A stretch of 60,030 nt of DNA, filler included, from Sphacelaria rigidula (taxonomy: Eukaryota), in the NCBI GenBank assembly GCA_964200075.2. It is 7 parts of 7 records of this genome, joined end to end, with 100 filler letters (N's around TTAATTAATTAA, not from the genome) between each part and the next. Parts side by side here need not be neighbours in the genome. Positions count along the whole stretch, not along the records: positions 34,365 to 42,853 come from CAXNAA020010991.1; positions 42,954 to 51,442 come from CAXNAA020010992.1; positions 51,543 to 60,030 come from CAXNAA020010993.1; 4 more parts are not named here. The stretch is one strand, 5' to 3'. Both the position numbers and the translations under genes were made by a program. The notes beneath the pieces are model-generated. The model was given only the letters and a program-made list of their open reading frames with translations. It did not search any database and had not been told where the DNA came from. Positions 39,992 to 51,881 of the stretch are shown here, piece after piece (position 1 is the first letter of the stretch; the number at the start of each line of letters is the position of its first letter).

Positions 39992-42192
39992 GCGTGTGGT
40001 CTAACACTTTCACTCAGGTGCAGACGAACAAAAACAAATGTCGAAGGCACGCAACAACCAGTATTTGTGTGCGTGTGGTGGATAAACTGTAGTAGCAAAG
40101 AGACAGGAAGAAAACGACCGTTGTCAAAATGAGACATACAGTGACTTCTCAATACCGCAACAGCGTCTTCGATGAACCTGCACGCCATGAAGAGAAAGGT
40201 GTGACTGTCAACAGCGCAACAGCAACGTTGAACCGTCCAGTTCTGTTGTGAGAACATGTTGAGGTTGAGAAAAAAAACAATTGCCGCATGCCGTGTTTCT
40301 AGAGGCAATACCAGCGCAGCTGGCGATACTTATTACAGTACCGCGTAGTTCGCTGAAAATAGCCGAGTCGGGGGTTCGATCACGTATCATCGTGCAGGTA
40401 CACAGAATAAATATACAAGCGCAACCGTAATACAAATACGTAGTGCAGTACAAACAGCAGCGTACAAAGCACCAGACAGAAAAATGCTGTGTGGCACAGT
40501 ACAGTATATATGATCTTCGCGTGGTGCAGCGGGCGTGGTCGACAGTGCAGTACGATGTCAATTTGTTCGGATCCCATGAAGAACACCCGACACAACGTTA
40601 TACCCGCGCCATGTGCGACCATATCGAGATTGCGATTTAGATGACTTTGTTCAGGTAGGGGAGCAGTACCAACGTTTGATACAGCACGGCACCTCACCGT
40701 CCGCAACGATATTGCCCGCTGAGACCACTTGTAATTCAGAACAATGGTTCAACGCGGGAGGTACGTGGCATTCTGGGTGGTTGGTACGTACTGCAGTGGT
40801 TGTGTTGGTGGGGAAACAATCAAACTGTAGTGTACACTGGTGTCGTGTAAAAGTGACAAAAGTACAGAGTCGAGAGCTTGTGTACAAGTAACATGAGCCT
40901 CGCGCCTCGATGTGTTCAATCATGCTCGTGTACAGACAACATTCTCGATCCTGGTTCATCATGTCGCATCGATATAGTTCGGTGCACATGGTGGCTCAAC
41001 GTTCCGTGTTCGGAAGAAAAATCGTCTGCGCAGCGGGCGGTGATTGAAATAACCCGCGCACTCCTTACCTTCAAGTATGAATCGGCGTGTGTTAGGACAC
41101 ATATCGGTCGATTCGGTTGATACAGGATCGACGGACTGTGAGCACGGGCGGTCGTGGGGCGTTCGGGGGGTGTTTGGTTGTGTAGCAAAAGAGGTCTTGC
41201 GTGTGCGCTCGTACCTGAAGCGCCTTGTGGTTTGGTCGCCATTGCCTGAAATCAACGTGGGTACTGTATGACACATCGACGACTTGAAGCTAGACCCGAG
41301 TCGGAGGGTTCGTCAACTCGAAGTGGGAAAGGAGGCAGCTGCCTTTGAAAAAAGTCAGCTGATCACCCGATGAACGGTGTATACAAAATCAAGTGAAAAT
41401 CAAAGACCGAAAATACTGAACTTGAAAAAAACAAACAAACGAAAGCTTGTGGTTGGCTGATGCGTGCAGCCGACAAGAGAGGAAACCGTACAGCTTGGGA
41501 TAACAAGCCACCTCTGAAGCCCCATGAATGCCGTGGTATTCTGCAGCAGAGCAAGCCACACCCCAAGGTGGATGAGATTATGGCGAGCCCGTCCTGTGAT
41601 CAACTCGTTTTATCAAACTGTGGATTTTTTCTCTTTTAAATTAACTGGCTGTTTGGGGAATCACACAGCCCAAGGCCAGGAAACAAGTAACAATTGGGGG
41701 TGAGGGTAAAAGTACAGCACAACAAGAGACTCACGTCAGTGCTGTGGCTCGCGACACTGTAGGCAGGGAGACCGGTGGTGGCTGGTGATCGTAAAGAGCT
41801 CTTCTCATACCCAATAGATGCCTGCAGACTGCGGTCCGTGTGTCGAGTGACCTCGGTAGGCGAGGTACAACAGCTGGGGAAAGCTATTCTGCCAGTACGT
41901 CCTCCTGCCCCGCTTTCAACCTTGTCATAATACAAAATCACCATGACGCGCCGTGTCTGTAGCCAATCAAAGCTGTAGTAGCAGCAGGTACACGCGGCTA
42001 ATCGGGTACAATCTTGTACCCCGCTTCAAGCAGCTGCGTCAACGAATAAAAACAATCCAAATCCTGCCTTATACAACACACAATTGACTATAATTTTTGC
42101 ATACCCGCCGGTCATTTCTGGGGACCATATGCAAAGCCCAAAGAACTAGTTTAATTCAGGCACTCAGTCGTTTACCATCACACGCGGTCCAA

Positions 42193-42414
42193 GGGTTGAC
42201 CCTTCAGACGACGAGAGTAGGTCATCTGTTGAATCGGCATCAACTTCACTTGAAAAAGGTATGCGTGGTTCAGATGGACTACCCTCGCGGTCTAAGGGTT
42301 TTACCCTTACACCGCGATGCGGGTAGTCCATCTGGATCACCCATACGTTTTTCACGTGAATATTGATGCCGATTCAGCAGGAGTCCTACCCTCGTGGTCA
42401 AAGGGTTAAGACCC
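42193..42414 (+). ncRNA. Long imperfect hairpin, candidate pre-miRNA
   Basis: About 105-nt arms around AAGGGT-TTT-ACCCTT (loop 42300-42302); several arm differences are G:U pairs on the + transcript. Confidence 0.5.
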
Positions 42415-42551
42415 GCCGTTACGGCAACGGATTTCGATCTGTACAAATATAAGGATTTCAGCCCGTCTATTGGCGATGTTCTCCCGTGGACTGATTTTCT
42501 GACCCCGGTCCGTTGAGTAATGTTTTTCGCCCGGCTATGAGCGAACCAGAA

Positions 42552-42725
42552 CAGTTCTCCGTTGCTCTGGACGCTGAGTTTTGGTTTACCACCTTTCTGC
42601 CCAAATCGGGACACCCCCGCATTTCCCCCGATGTTTCCAAGAAAATCGGGGGAGATGCGGGTGTGTCCCGATTTCAGCAGGAAGGTGATAAACCAAACGT
42701 CAGCGTCCAGAAAATCGGAGAATTG
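42552..42725 (+). ncRNA. Second long imperfect hairpin, candidate pre-miRNA
   Basis: About 85-nt arms CAGTTCTCCG...CCCCCGATGTTTC / GAAAATCGGGGG...CGGAGAATTG, short loop near 42638-42640; G:U pairs on +. Confidence 0.5.
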
Positions 42726-44419
42726 ATAACAGAGTTTTCGTGAGATTGAGAGTAGATGGTACGATTGAGAGTGAAAAGTGGTCAATCAGTGAATGAATCG
42801 TTGCAGTTCCGAAATGCACCTCCACGAGACGCAACATGCTTTCTGCAATAGCTNNNNNNNNNNNNNNNNNNNNNNNNNNNNNNNNNNNNNNNNNNNNTTA
42901 ATTAATTAANNNNNNNNNNNNNNNNNNNNNNNNNNNNNNNNNNNNNNNNNNNNGTCTCGAAAGGGTTGCGTGATCAATGGTCAGACGACTAAGGCAAGCA
43001 ACAAATGAGTACGCCCCCCCCTCCCCTGCCATGCATGCTTTACCAGGCTACACCGCTACTGTTTAAACAGTCAACGTCGCCCCCCCCCTTTTCTTGTTTT
43101 CCAAAACAAGGGGAAGGGTTTGTGTAGCGTCGATCTCTCGCGCAGCAGACAGGTATCCTTTACTTCATCAAGATCATCTGCTTGAACTATAATCCCGACA
43201 TCTCTCACTGTCACATGTGGCTTCTCCTACAAAAACATTCTACTGTACTTTTGGCAATCTGTCCGGCCGTTACTCAACTCCATGATTGAAAGGCAGCGCA
43301 TGTCGTTTCATTTCTCTACCTGGGGTGCACTCCGACAGCAATTTTTCGGAATCATGTACTGTACTCATGTTTTCGCAGCGCTTACACATCATGGTATTTC
43401 AGGCTTGCCCACGCTACAACAGTCCATCATGTTAACGTTGCTGGCCCACTATTTTTCGCCTTAGCAGTCTACCGGATTTCATCATGTCCTGCATTTTACG
43501 TTCGTTACTACAACAGTCAATCGGAAAAACAATCACCGTACCCCTTCGCGTTCGTTTTCAGCAGCCATAGTTTCGAATCACTAGTCCTGCGATAATTTTT
43601 CAATGTTTACTGGTCACCGTACTGTCTTGGCGTTCTGTTCCTACAATCAATCAACTACAGTCAATCGAACCATTTTTGTGACGCGTGCATCTACAGCAGT
43701 CGATAACTCAACTGCTTGCACATTTGCTCAGAATAAAATCTGTGTTCCAGCGCTCCCAACCCTTCAACAGTCATTAGTCCAAGGTACTCTACCGGTGTAC
43801 TCACCAAAACATGAAAAAAAATCTCCTTACTTTACTCTCTCGGCAGGTTTCCGGCTACTACTGGACATCATAATCGAAATTTATCGCATATCGTTCTTCA
43901 TTGGTTGTGATACAACCTCCTACAGTCATTTTCGGAATCATTCCTGTGCCCATGTTTTCGCTGCAAAGCTCTCGTTGTGATATTTTGGCTTGCCTACGTT
44001 GCAACAGTCTACGTATCTACGTTGTTGATCCATGTTTCCACTACAGTAGTTTCTGGATTTCATCTCTGCTCGTCACTCTCGCCACGGCAGTCAATCAAAT
44101 GTTTGAATCTTCGGTGTGCCCGTGCGATCGCCCTTTGACAGAGGTTTCCGTTTTCCGTACTTTGGTGAAAATCTTCAGGCAACGTCCAACGAGCGCTGTA
44201 CTCTCGCGTGCCTCAGTCAAACAACTCCAGTGGGTTTCAGCACACTCTTGCGCATCCAACTCAACAGTCAACAATTCTCAACTGCGATGTGCATACATAC
44301 AAGCAAGCAATCAACACTCCGATGCGTTCAACCATCATCCATCGTCAGTATCACTCGTACATTTTTCCGGCCGACCTACGCAAAGAAAAATCTCATGCAA
44401 GGCCACAATATAAATACCT

Positions 44420-45908
44420 GAAATGCCTCGACATATGCATCACTGCAGACTGACAAGTCATCCTCGCCTGCCTCGTTCATCACTAGCGCAATATCTTCCT
44501 CAGCTAGCGAAGCATCATCCTCAGCCCTGCACTTCCCCGCGCTGGGTCCCTTCTCCCCACACCTGAAACATTTTCTTTGTGGACACTCGCGCGCCCTGTG
44601 CGTGACCAATTTCCTGCACACACGGCACCGCACCCGTGGAGGATCGTCGCTCAAACTGCTTGACGCCGTCGACCTTGTGTCATCGCTCTCATCGTCACCT
44701 CGACCACCATTTCCTCGATCATCGTCACCATCCTGCCTCTGCCCCCGGGCCCTTCCACCGCGGCGCGAGCCGCCGGCTTCGCCCGACCGTCCCCTCGCCA
44801 TCAGGGCGCCATTACTGGCGGATCCCTTCTCGAGTAGCTTCTTGAAAGCACTAGACTCGAACCTCCCCCTCACCACGGAAAGCACTTCCTCCCTCCGCAA
44901 TGGACCCTCCACTCCCTCCAACATCTAACGTTGTGTTTCGTACTCGCAAGGGAGCGCATTGAGGAATTTGGACAACACCAGGGAGTCGTTCAGATGTTTG
45001 AACTCCACATAACATCCCAGTCTTCTTGCTATGCTTTCCAGATTTACCAGTTGTGATATTGGGTCTTTGTCAACGGCTACTTTTACGTTGCAAATTTTGC
45101 TTAGTAATGCCAACCTGCCCCCTGGGTCTTTGGGCTCCTTGCTTCCACGAGAGCATCCCAAGCCTCACGTGGTGAATGAACTCTGAAGAGTATGTATTTG
45201 TCTACTTCGACGAGACCAGCAGACAGAAGGTGCCATGCCTTGACGTGCGCACTCACTACATCACGTCCCTGTTGTGCTTCCAGTTCCTCTACTGTTACAT
45301 TTGGGTCACCTACGTGAAACGTCTTACTATCCCTCATGAACACCCAATCCAGTCTTGCGTGTCGTGCATATGTTATGAATGATTGTAAGGCTCAAATTCA
45401 CCCTCCTTCCCGGCGTATTTTGGCACCCCGGGTCTAAACCCACTTGTGAAACCACCCTCATATACCCCATGCATCGCTACACCATCATAACCGAAACTAT
45501 GTCCACCCCTCAGGGAAGATTCACGCTGGGGGGGCCTTCCCCCTGACGTCCCCCTCGTAGCCCCAGAGCTCGAACCATGGGGGCCTTGACTACTTCCCCA
45601 TGGCCACGGAGGTCAGCCGCACGCCGCTCCGCCGTGTTGTGCGGTTGTCCTGTTGCTGCGGTTCTCACTCTTCCTGGCCCGCTGCTTTCGATGACGTCTC
45701 CGCCCCTGACGCCCCCGGCTCCACCCCCCCCGTTGCTGCTGAGCTGTATTGTGTCCAGTCTCTGTGTCATCCGTTCCAGCGGACGACCGAACGTCACCAT
45801 CATGCTCTCAACTTGGGCAATGCGATCTACGGTTGTAGAGGACTCCGTTCCTCTTTCCGAACCGTTGTCGGAAGACTGCTGTTGTGAGGCGTTCCCACGT
45901 GTAGTCAT
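44420..45908 (-). mobile_element. Copia-like gag relic with tandem zinc knuckles
   Basis: Frameshifted fragments SPREAWDALV, KDPISQLVNLESIARRL, VLSKFLNALPCEYE, then an RGG-rich tract and CRVCRKLVTHRAREC / CFRCGEKGPSAGKC knuckles; no pol follows. Confidence 0.8.
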
Positions 45909-46807
45909 CTTCTTCGCCTCGAACCGTACCGGTAGGGAAATACTAGTATGTTTGTTGGCTCGTATGCCCGTGAAGAGTTGTTGAGATAGTTTGTTAGTGC
46001 AGCCCAGCCAGTCTGATTGCGGTGATGAGATGAAGTGGTTTCCGTGGTGAGGGGGAGGTTCGAGTAGCTACTCACCCCCCTCACAGGCTATGGGTCAAGG
46101 TCAAGTACGAGAGCAGAAGAAGAAGAAGCCAGAGTTCAAATCAGAGTCCTCCAATGCTTTCAATATCCCGTCCACTACAGCCAGCGGACAGACACCGCAA
46201 TGTCTTCATTCTCCCATTCGTTCGCCCCCCATGACTCTATCGCCGGCGATGGCTCCGTCCCAGGCACCGCGTCCGCCGCTTCTATAGCTGTATCACCGTC
46301 ATTTCCGAATCTCCTTATCCCTGTGCTGTCGGCACCTTCGCTACTGTGGCGTTCCCCGTCCTCCGGAATACGCTTCTCGCACCTGCTCTCCGCTCCCCGG
46401 TGTTAAATTTGTTACGCCTCTCGCACATCGACCGCGCCGCGCAAGGGTTTACCAGCGGCAGTCCCGCCTCGTGGCCTTCTCTCTTCTTCGTTCACTCTCC
46501 GAACTGCCGTCGCCGGCAGCCGACCTGTCGCCGTGGCAGTCTCTCCACACACAACTCGTCCATGGTCGCCCCGTAACCAATGTCATTGAGACCGCTCAAC
46601 GGTCTGATGACTGTGGCATGCAAGATCATGAGTAACCCCCGCCCCCCTCACCCCCCTTTCCCCTCTCCGACCTGGGGAATTATAGAGGGGGGATAATACT
46701 AAACACCGCAGGGAAAACAATCAGTCGGATTCTGGGCGATAGGCTGCGAACATTGCTGGAGAAGGAGAAAAAGGCCTAGCAAAGCAGGTTGATCGATCAA
46801 TCGAGAA

Positions 46808-46944
46808 TGATTCTACGATAGGGGTGCACTTCTCAATCCAAACGTTTTCTCAGGATGCACACTAAGGCCCAGATGTTTGTCATCGAGAGGTTCTCAAAGT
46901 GTGTAGCCCCCAGAAACACATCGTGCACCCCTGCCGTAGAATCA
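46808..46944. mobile_element. About 137-bp MITE
   Basis: TGATTCTACGATAGGGGTGCAC / GTGCACCCCTGCCGTAGAATCA inverted termini. Confidence 0.7.
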
Positions 46945-47696
46945 CTCTTGATCGATTGATTGTCGCACTTCGACTGACCCCCTAGGGATCCAGCTGTGGT
47001 CACATGATAGACGTACCCGAGACGAAACAAAACTGAAACACTCGCTAAAGAAAAGAGCAAACAAAAACAGAAAAGGTAAACCAGAACAATATAGGCTAAG
47101 ACAAAAAATGAAAAAAAAAAGGAACGAAATGGTCGGCGTCTGCCACCGCAGAGTTTCGACGAAATCCGTCAAATCCCCGCCGATGCCCCCCGCTTCCCCC
47201 ACAGAATCCCTACATGTACGGAGTGCACTCTGTGAGTATCGCGGAGCACGTGTACAGGAACTTGCAAATAGTGGTTCTCACTTGCCGTATGGAAGAGCGT
47301 GATCAAACTGGGTGCTCAGAGTCAGTGAGGAGTGCGGCATTTGGATGATTCCAGCGGGAGGAGAGAAGCTGCGAATACATCTCACGTATTCCGTCGTCTC
47401 CAACAAAGTGGGTGGGCGTGTTCGAAAGCTGTAGTCACAGGCTTTGAATAAAGCCGAATTTCCCTGGCTGAGGAGTTTAGAGCTGTCCCAAAATCGAACA
47501 AAACACCGGTTGCGAACCACTTTCACACCTGGCTTTTGTCGGATGTCGGACCATCCCTCAGTTACGTAGCCAGACCTGTTTTGATCTGCTGAAGGCCTCT
47601 GATCACAGCATTGGACCAAGCTCACCCATGTCATTTTCGACGCCGGAACACGTGCGACATCATCCAGGACGTCTGCCCGCAGACTACAGGTTTTTC

Positions 47697-48247
47697 CAAG
47701 GTTGTGTTCTGTAGGGTACGGGTATGTTCTGTAGGGTATGGGATTCCTGACAAAACTTACAGAAATATCGGGTACCGGCATGTAAGTCTCATGCACTGAC
47801 TATCGGGTACCGGTTTGAAAGTCTTACAGAAAGTACAGAACTTGTCGGATACGGTACGGGAGGTTTGCAGAAAACCGTACCGGCAATCAGGTATTTTTTT
47901 GAAGGCAAACCCGCGCTCCGGGTACGGGCATGTATCATGTACAGAACTAACAGAACTGTCGGGCAAGGGTATGGGAGGCGTACAAAACTCAAAGAATGTG
48001 TCGGGCAGGGTATAAAGGCTGCACAGAAAACCGTACCCGCAACCGGGTATCTTGTCAAGAGCATACCCGTGCCCCCGGCAACGGCACAGGAGGCTTACAG
48101 AACTCACAAAACGATCGGGTAAGGGTATGAAGGTCTTACAGACTCTACAGAACTGTCGGGTATCGGTATGGAAGGGTCGGGTACGGTACATACTCGGGAA
48201 AATACCCCGGATATACAAAAAACCGTACCCTACAGAACATAACCTTG
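47697..48247. mobile_element. MITE with GGGTACGG/ACAGAAC subrepeats
   Basis: TIRs CAAGGTTGTGTTCTGTAGGGTACGG / CCGTACCCTACAGAACATAACCTTG, flanked by direct repeat GTTTTTC. Confidence 0.85.
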
Positions 48248-49404
48248 GTTTTTCCACCGTATCATGACACGTCACGATCGAATTTTGATCCGAAACTTGA
48301 AGAGAGAAATCAGCACCGGACAAATCCTGGGAAGACGCCTATTCTTCCACCGATGTTGACCACACCACGGACTTACTGCTCATTGGGCTTCCCAAGCGCC
48401 CCCTGCGCCAGGTTCCGAAGCTATGATATTTTTGGTTGACCGAATCTATCTTGGGTTATCTTGCGCACAGCTCTTCCTACAACTTCGGATATTTCAGTGC
48501 GGCGCAATTATTTGCGCGATCATACAGCCACCAACCAATGATTTCATGTCAAGATGCGGAAATGTACACCGACCTAATGGAGTCTTCTCCCTGAATTCCC
48601 CCGACAACTGGGACATGTTTCCCGTGAAAGACCTGTTTCGCACACCAGTGTTACCCACAAAGCCTGCGATTGGAATTAATCATAGTCGGCGCTAAAGCTC
48701 CATCAAGCATCGATGTGCTTGATCAACCTGTAGGCACGATACTATCGGTAGCTCTAGAAACATTGTAGCCACCTCTGATTTTATTCCCCGATATATGGAC
48801 AGGTGTGCGCTTTCTGATACTGATTCTCCCTGCACAAGGCAGCCATGTTCCACCGCGAATCGCAACGGCGATCAGGCTCTCCAGTACACCCCCATCTCCT
48901 TCTGTGCTGTCTACCCTCGAGGATGATCGATCGGTAACCTTACAGTGGAAGTACACAGCGCATGATGATTGCCCCACTCCCCTATTTCCCCCCCTCTCGA
49001 AGACGATGTGCCGATGAACCCGCAGCGGAGGTTTACGTAAGCTCTCGATCTCGAATGAAGACATCAGCATCCGCCTCCCCCTTCCCGTTCTCTCGCTCCA
49101 TCCTCTTGAGGACGACTGGCGGTGGTATGCGAGCTATATAGGGTGTACACGGCACTCGTACCCACCCTGGCCTCCATTACTCATCTACTAAACATCATCT
49201 CTGGCCGACCGACCCTACCTTCGAACAAAAACGGTGCTCCTCAGGACTTATTCGTCATGTACATGTCGCCTCGGGAGGCCATCTCCATCCTGCATTCCTG
49301 TACCCCCCATTACTCTTTCCCCCCCTCCCCCCCGCCCCCCGCCCCCTGCGCCCTGTCCGTTTTTTTCGCGTGTTATTGACGGCTCCGCAACCGCTAAAAC
49401 ATCA

Positions 49405-51381
49405 ATGAGTTACACATATCCTGCATTTCGATGTAGCCTGGTCGGAAAACGTGGTTCTCTGCGCAAAGCGAGGGCAATCTCACCATATGCATATCAGTCG
49501 TTCTCACCCCGTCTCTCGCCCGCCCCCTTCGCCCAATTCCCACCGATGTCCGAATGCTCCCTCTCTATCAACTGTAGAACTCTCGTGAGCATCACCGATG
49601 CAATAGAGTACGATCTCGCGATTGCCTCTACGACACTACAGTACATTTTGGTCTTGCTTGCTCGCTTCGGCCCGTATAAGCTGCTATTCCTCATAGCGAA
49701 GGCGTTTCGGCGCAAGCAACGGACTCACCACCGGCGGCGTGTAATCAAGCGCACCAAGCAGTAATTGTTGCGACTTCTGGCCGAGTGCCTGTACATGAAG
49801 ACGGGGCTGTCTCTCCTGCAACGTGCATCGATTCCACTGTTGACTCACGTGGGGATCGCTTCACTTTCGGGAGATATTTCCCAGTGCACGGACGACATAT
49901 GCCGCATGCGGCGAAACCTCAAAGTTGTGCAGAAAAGTAGCTTGAGACGGAAACGTCAGGCTGTTGCTAGTCAAAAGGCAAGCCACAGGGCGGCACGGAC
50001 TGTTTCGGGTGTAAAAGCCCGGGTGGGATACTTGAGCAAGAGAGTAGAACATTTAGAGAGGGAGTCGGTCGCGAAGGGTCGACTCGTCGGATAATCTAAC
50101 GCCGCCGCCGCCGCCGCCGCCGCCGCCGCTGCTCGGGACGGTAGCAACGCGGCCAGCGACAGGATACGTCATCCTGAGAGCCGTCTTGAGGCGGCGCTGG
50201 CCGCGCTCACTGCGGCACCTACAAGGCCAACACATAAAGTAGTGGCTATGACGAACACGGACGGCCAAGAAGGGAACATGGCCCGGATGACTGCCGGTGC
50301 CACAACCACCGCGACCGTTCACCACGGTACCCATCGAGCTGCTGCCGCCATCACCGCAACCGCACGCGAGCTCAGCACAGCCGTCGCTGAACTCGCTCCC
50401 CGAGCCACTGCCCTTGGCGCTACCACGGCTCAAACCGCCGACGTCACTCAGGTTACCGCCATTGCCACTACCAGTGCTGCACCCGATCTTCCCATACAGC
50501 AGGCAAGCGACAATCCTGTGGCGGACAGGGTTCGAGACAGGAGGAACAGAGAATAACCAACCACTATTGCACAGCTCCAGCGTGGGAAGGGTGCTGCCGT
50601 CACTACCGCTGCCGATACCGCTACCGCCGCTGCTCAGCAGAAGAAAGGCGAGGCGAAGGCAGCCATAGGCCGAGTTAAGGCGCACATCAGGGAAAACGAA
50701 AGAGTTATCGCAGAGCTGAAGAGTGTGAAGGATGCTCTTTGCCAACCGATTCCCGCCATCACCGCAGATGCTGCCGCCGCTCCCTCGGCCGGACCGTACG
50801 TCGACCACCAGGCCGTCTCACAGACCAGCGGTCCCGAGAGCTCGGCGGTATCGAAAACCGTCGCCACCACCGCTCTGGGAAAGAAACGTGAGTCGGACGC
50901 AGCCATAGAGGCGCGGATCAAGGAAAATGACATAATTATCGCAGAGTTGAAGAGTGTGCAGGACGCTCTTGGCCAGCCGTTTTCCACCTTTATCACCGCC
51001 GCTTCCTCGGCCGAAGAGCGCGTTGAAGAGGAGGCGGTCGCCCCGGCGTGCGCTCCGGGGAGCTCGGTGGTATCCAACACCGTCATCGCCGCCGATCAGC
51101 ATACGTTCCACGCAGGGGAGGCACAGAGCCGTGAGCTGACGGGCGAGCTGCAGAGTGTGAAAGTTCGCGCTGCTACGGTCAACCCCGCTCCTACCGAGAA
51201 GCCTGACCCCGCCGCCTCCGTCAGCCCGCCCATTATTCGCTCACGTGGGACGAGGGGAGGGGCGTCCTCACTTGAAGCGTACCTTACGTGGACAGAGGGT
51301 GAAGGGGCCGCTGTCCAAAGGAAGGAATGCAGCGAGACCACCGTGTATCAAGCGACGCCGTCTTCTGGCTTCCAATTATAA
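49405..51381 (+). pseudogene. Intronless 659-codon Ala-rich/coiled-coil frame with three internal TAA codons
   Basis: ORFs 49234-49764, 49765-50094, 50242-50556 and 50725-51381 are in one frame; the intervening segments are open; ATG at 49405; internal repeats of I.EN...IAELKSV.DAL.QP. Confidence 0.6.
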
Positions 51382-51442
51382 TGAGGTGGGACCGTGCACG
51401 GTGCCACCTCATTATAATTGGAAGCCAGAAGACGGCGTCGCT
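51351..51442. repeat. 92-bp near-perfect palindrome at contig end
   Basis: AGCGACGCCG...GAGGTGG g ACCGTGCACGGT g CCACCTC...CGGCGTCGCT with one mismatch. Confidence 0.9.
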
Positions 51443-51881
51443 NNNNNNNNNNNNNNNNNNNNNNNNNNNNNNNNNNNNNNNNNNNNTTAATTAATTAANN
51501 NNNNNNNNNNNNNNNNNNNNNNNNNNNNNNNNNNNNNNNNNNTAGGGATGCGAGGTCAATGGTCTGATGACTATGGCATGCATGATCATGAGTACACCCC
51601 CCCACACACACACGCACGCGCGTACACTACTCGTAGTCTGTCTCGGCTTCACTCAAGGCAGCATGCGGCTTGGTGAATTTGTCGACTAATTGATTTATTG
51701 GCGTGCATCAACTGTCCCGCGACGAATCCAGCTGCGGTCACGCCACCAGATGGACGCATGCGACTGAAGGGGGGGGAGTGGCAACGAAAAATGACGAGGA
51801 TCCAATGCTGTGTAGTCCGCAACCGAGAACGTTGTACGATCACAGCACGCTTTTCGCCTCATGCGTTCGCACACACGACAG

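Noticed and set aside
45955..45975. Possible degenerate PBS for the second gag relic (GGCTCGTATGCC)
   Set aside because: Too many mismatches to GGCTCATAACC and no matching LTR pair found.
47278..49070. Minus-strand ORFs flanking the 47697 MITE
   Set aside because: No recognisable motifs, multiple stops, and the ORF starts derive from the MITE.
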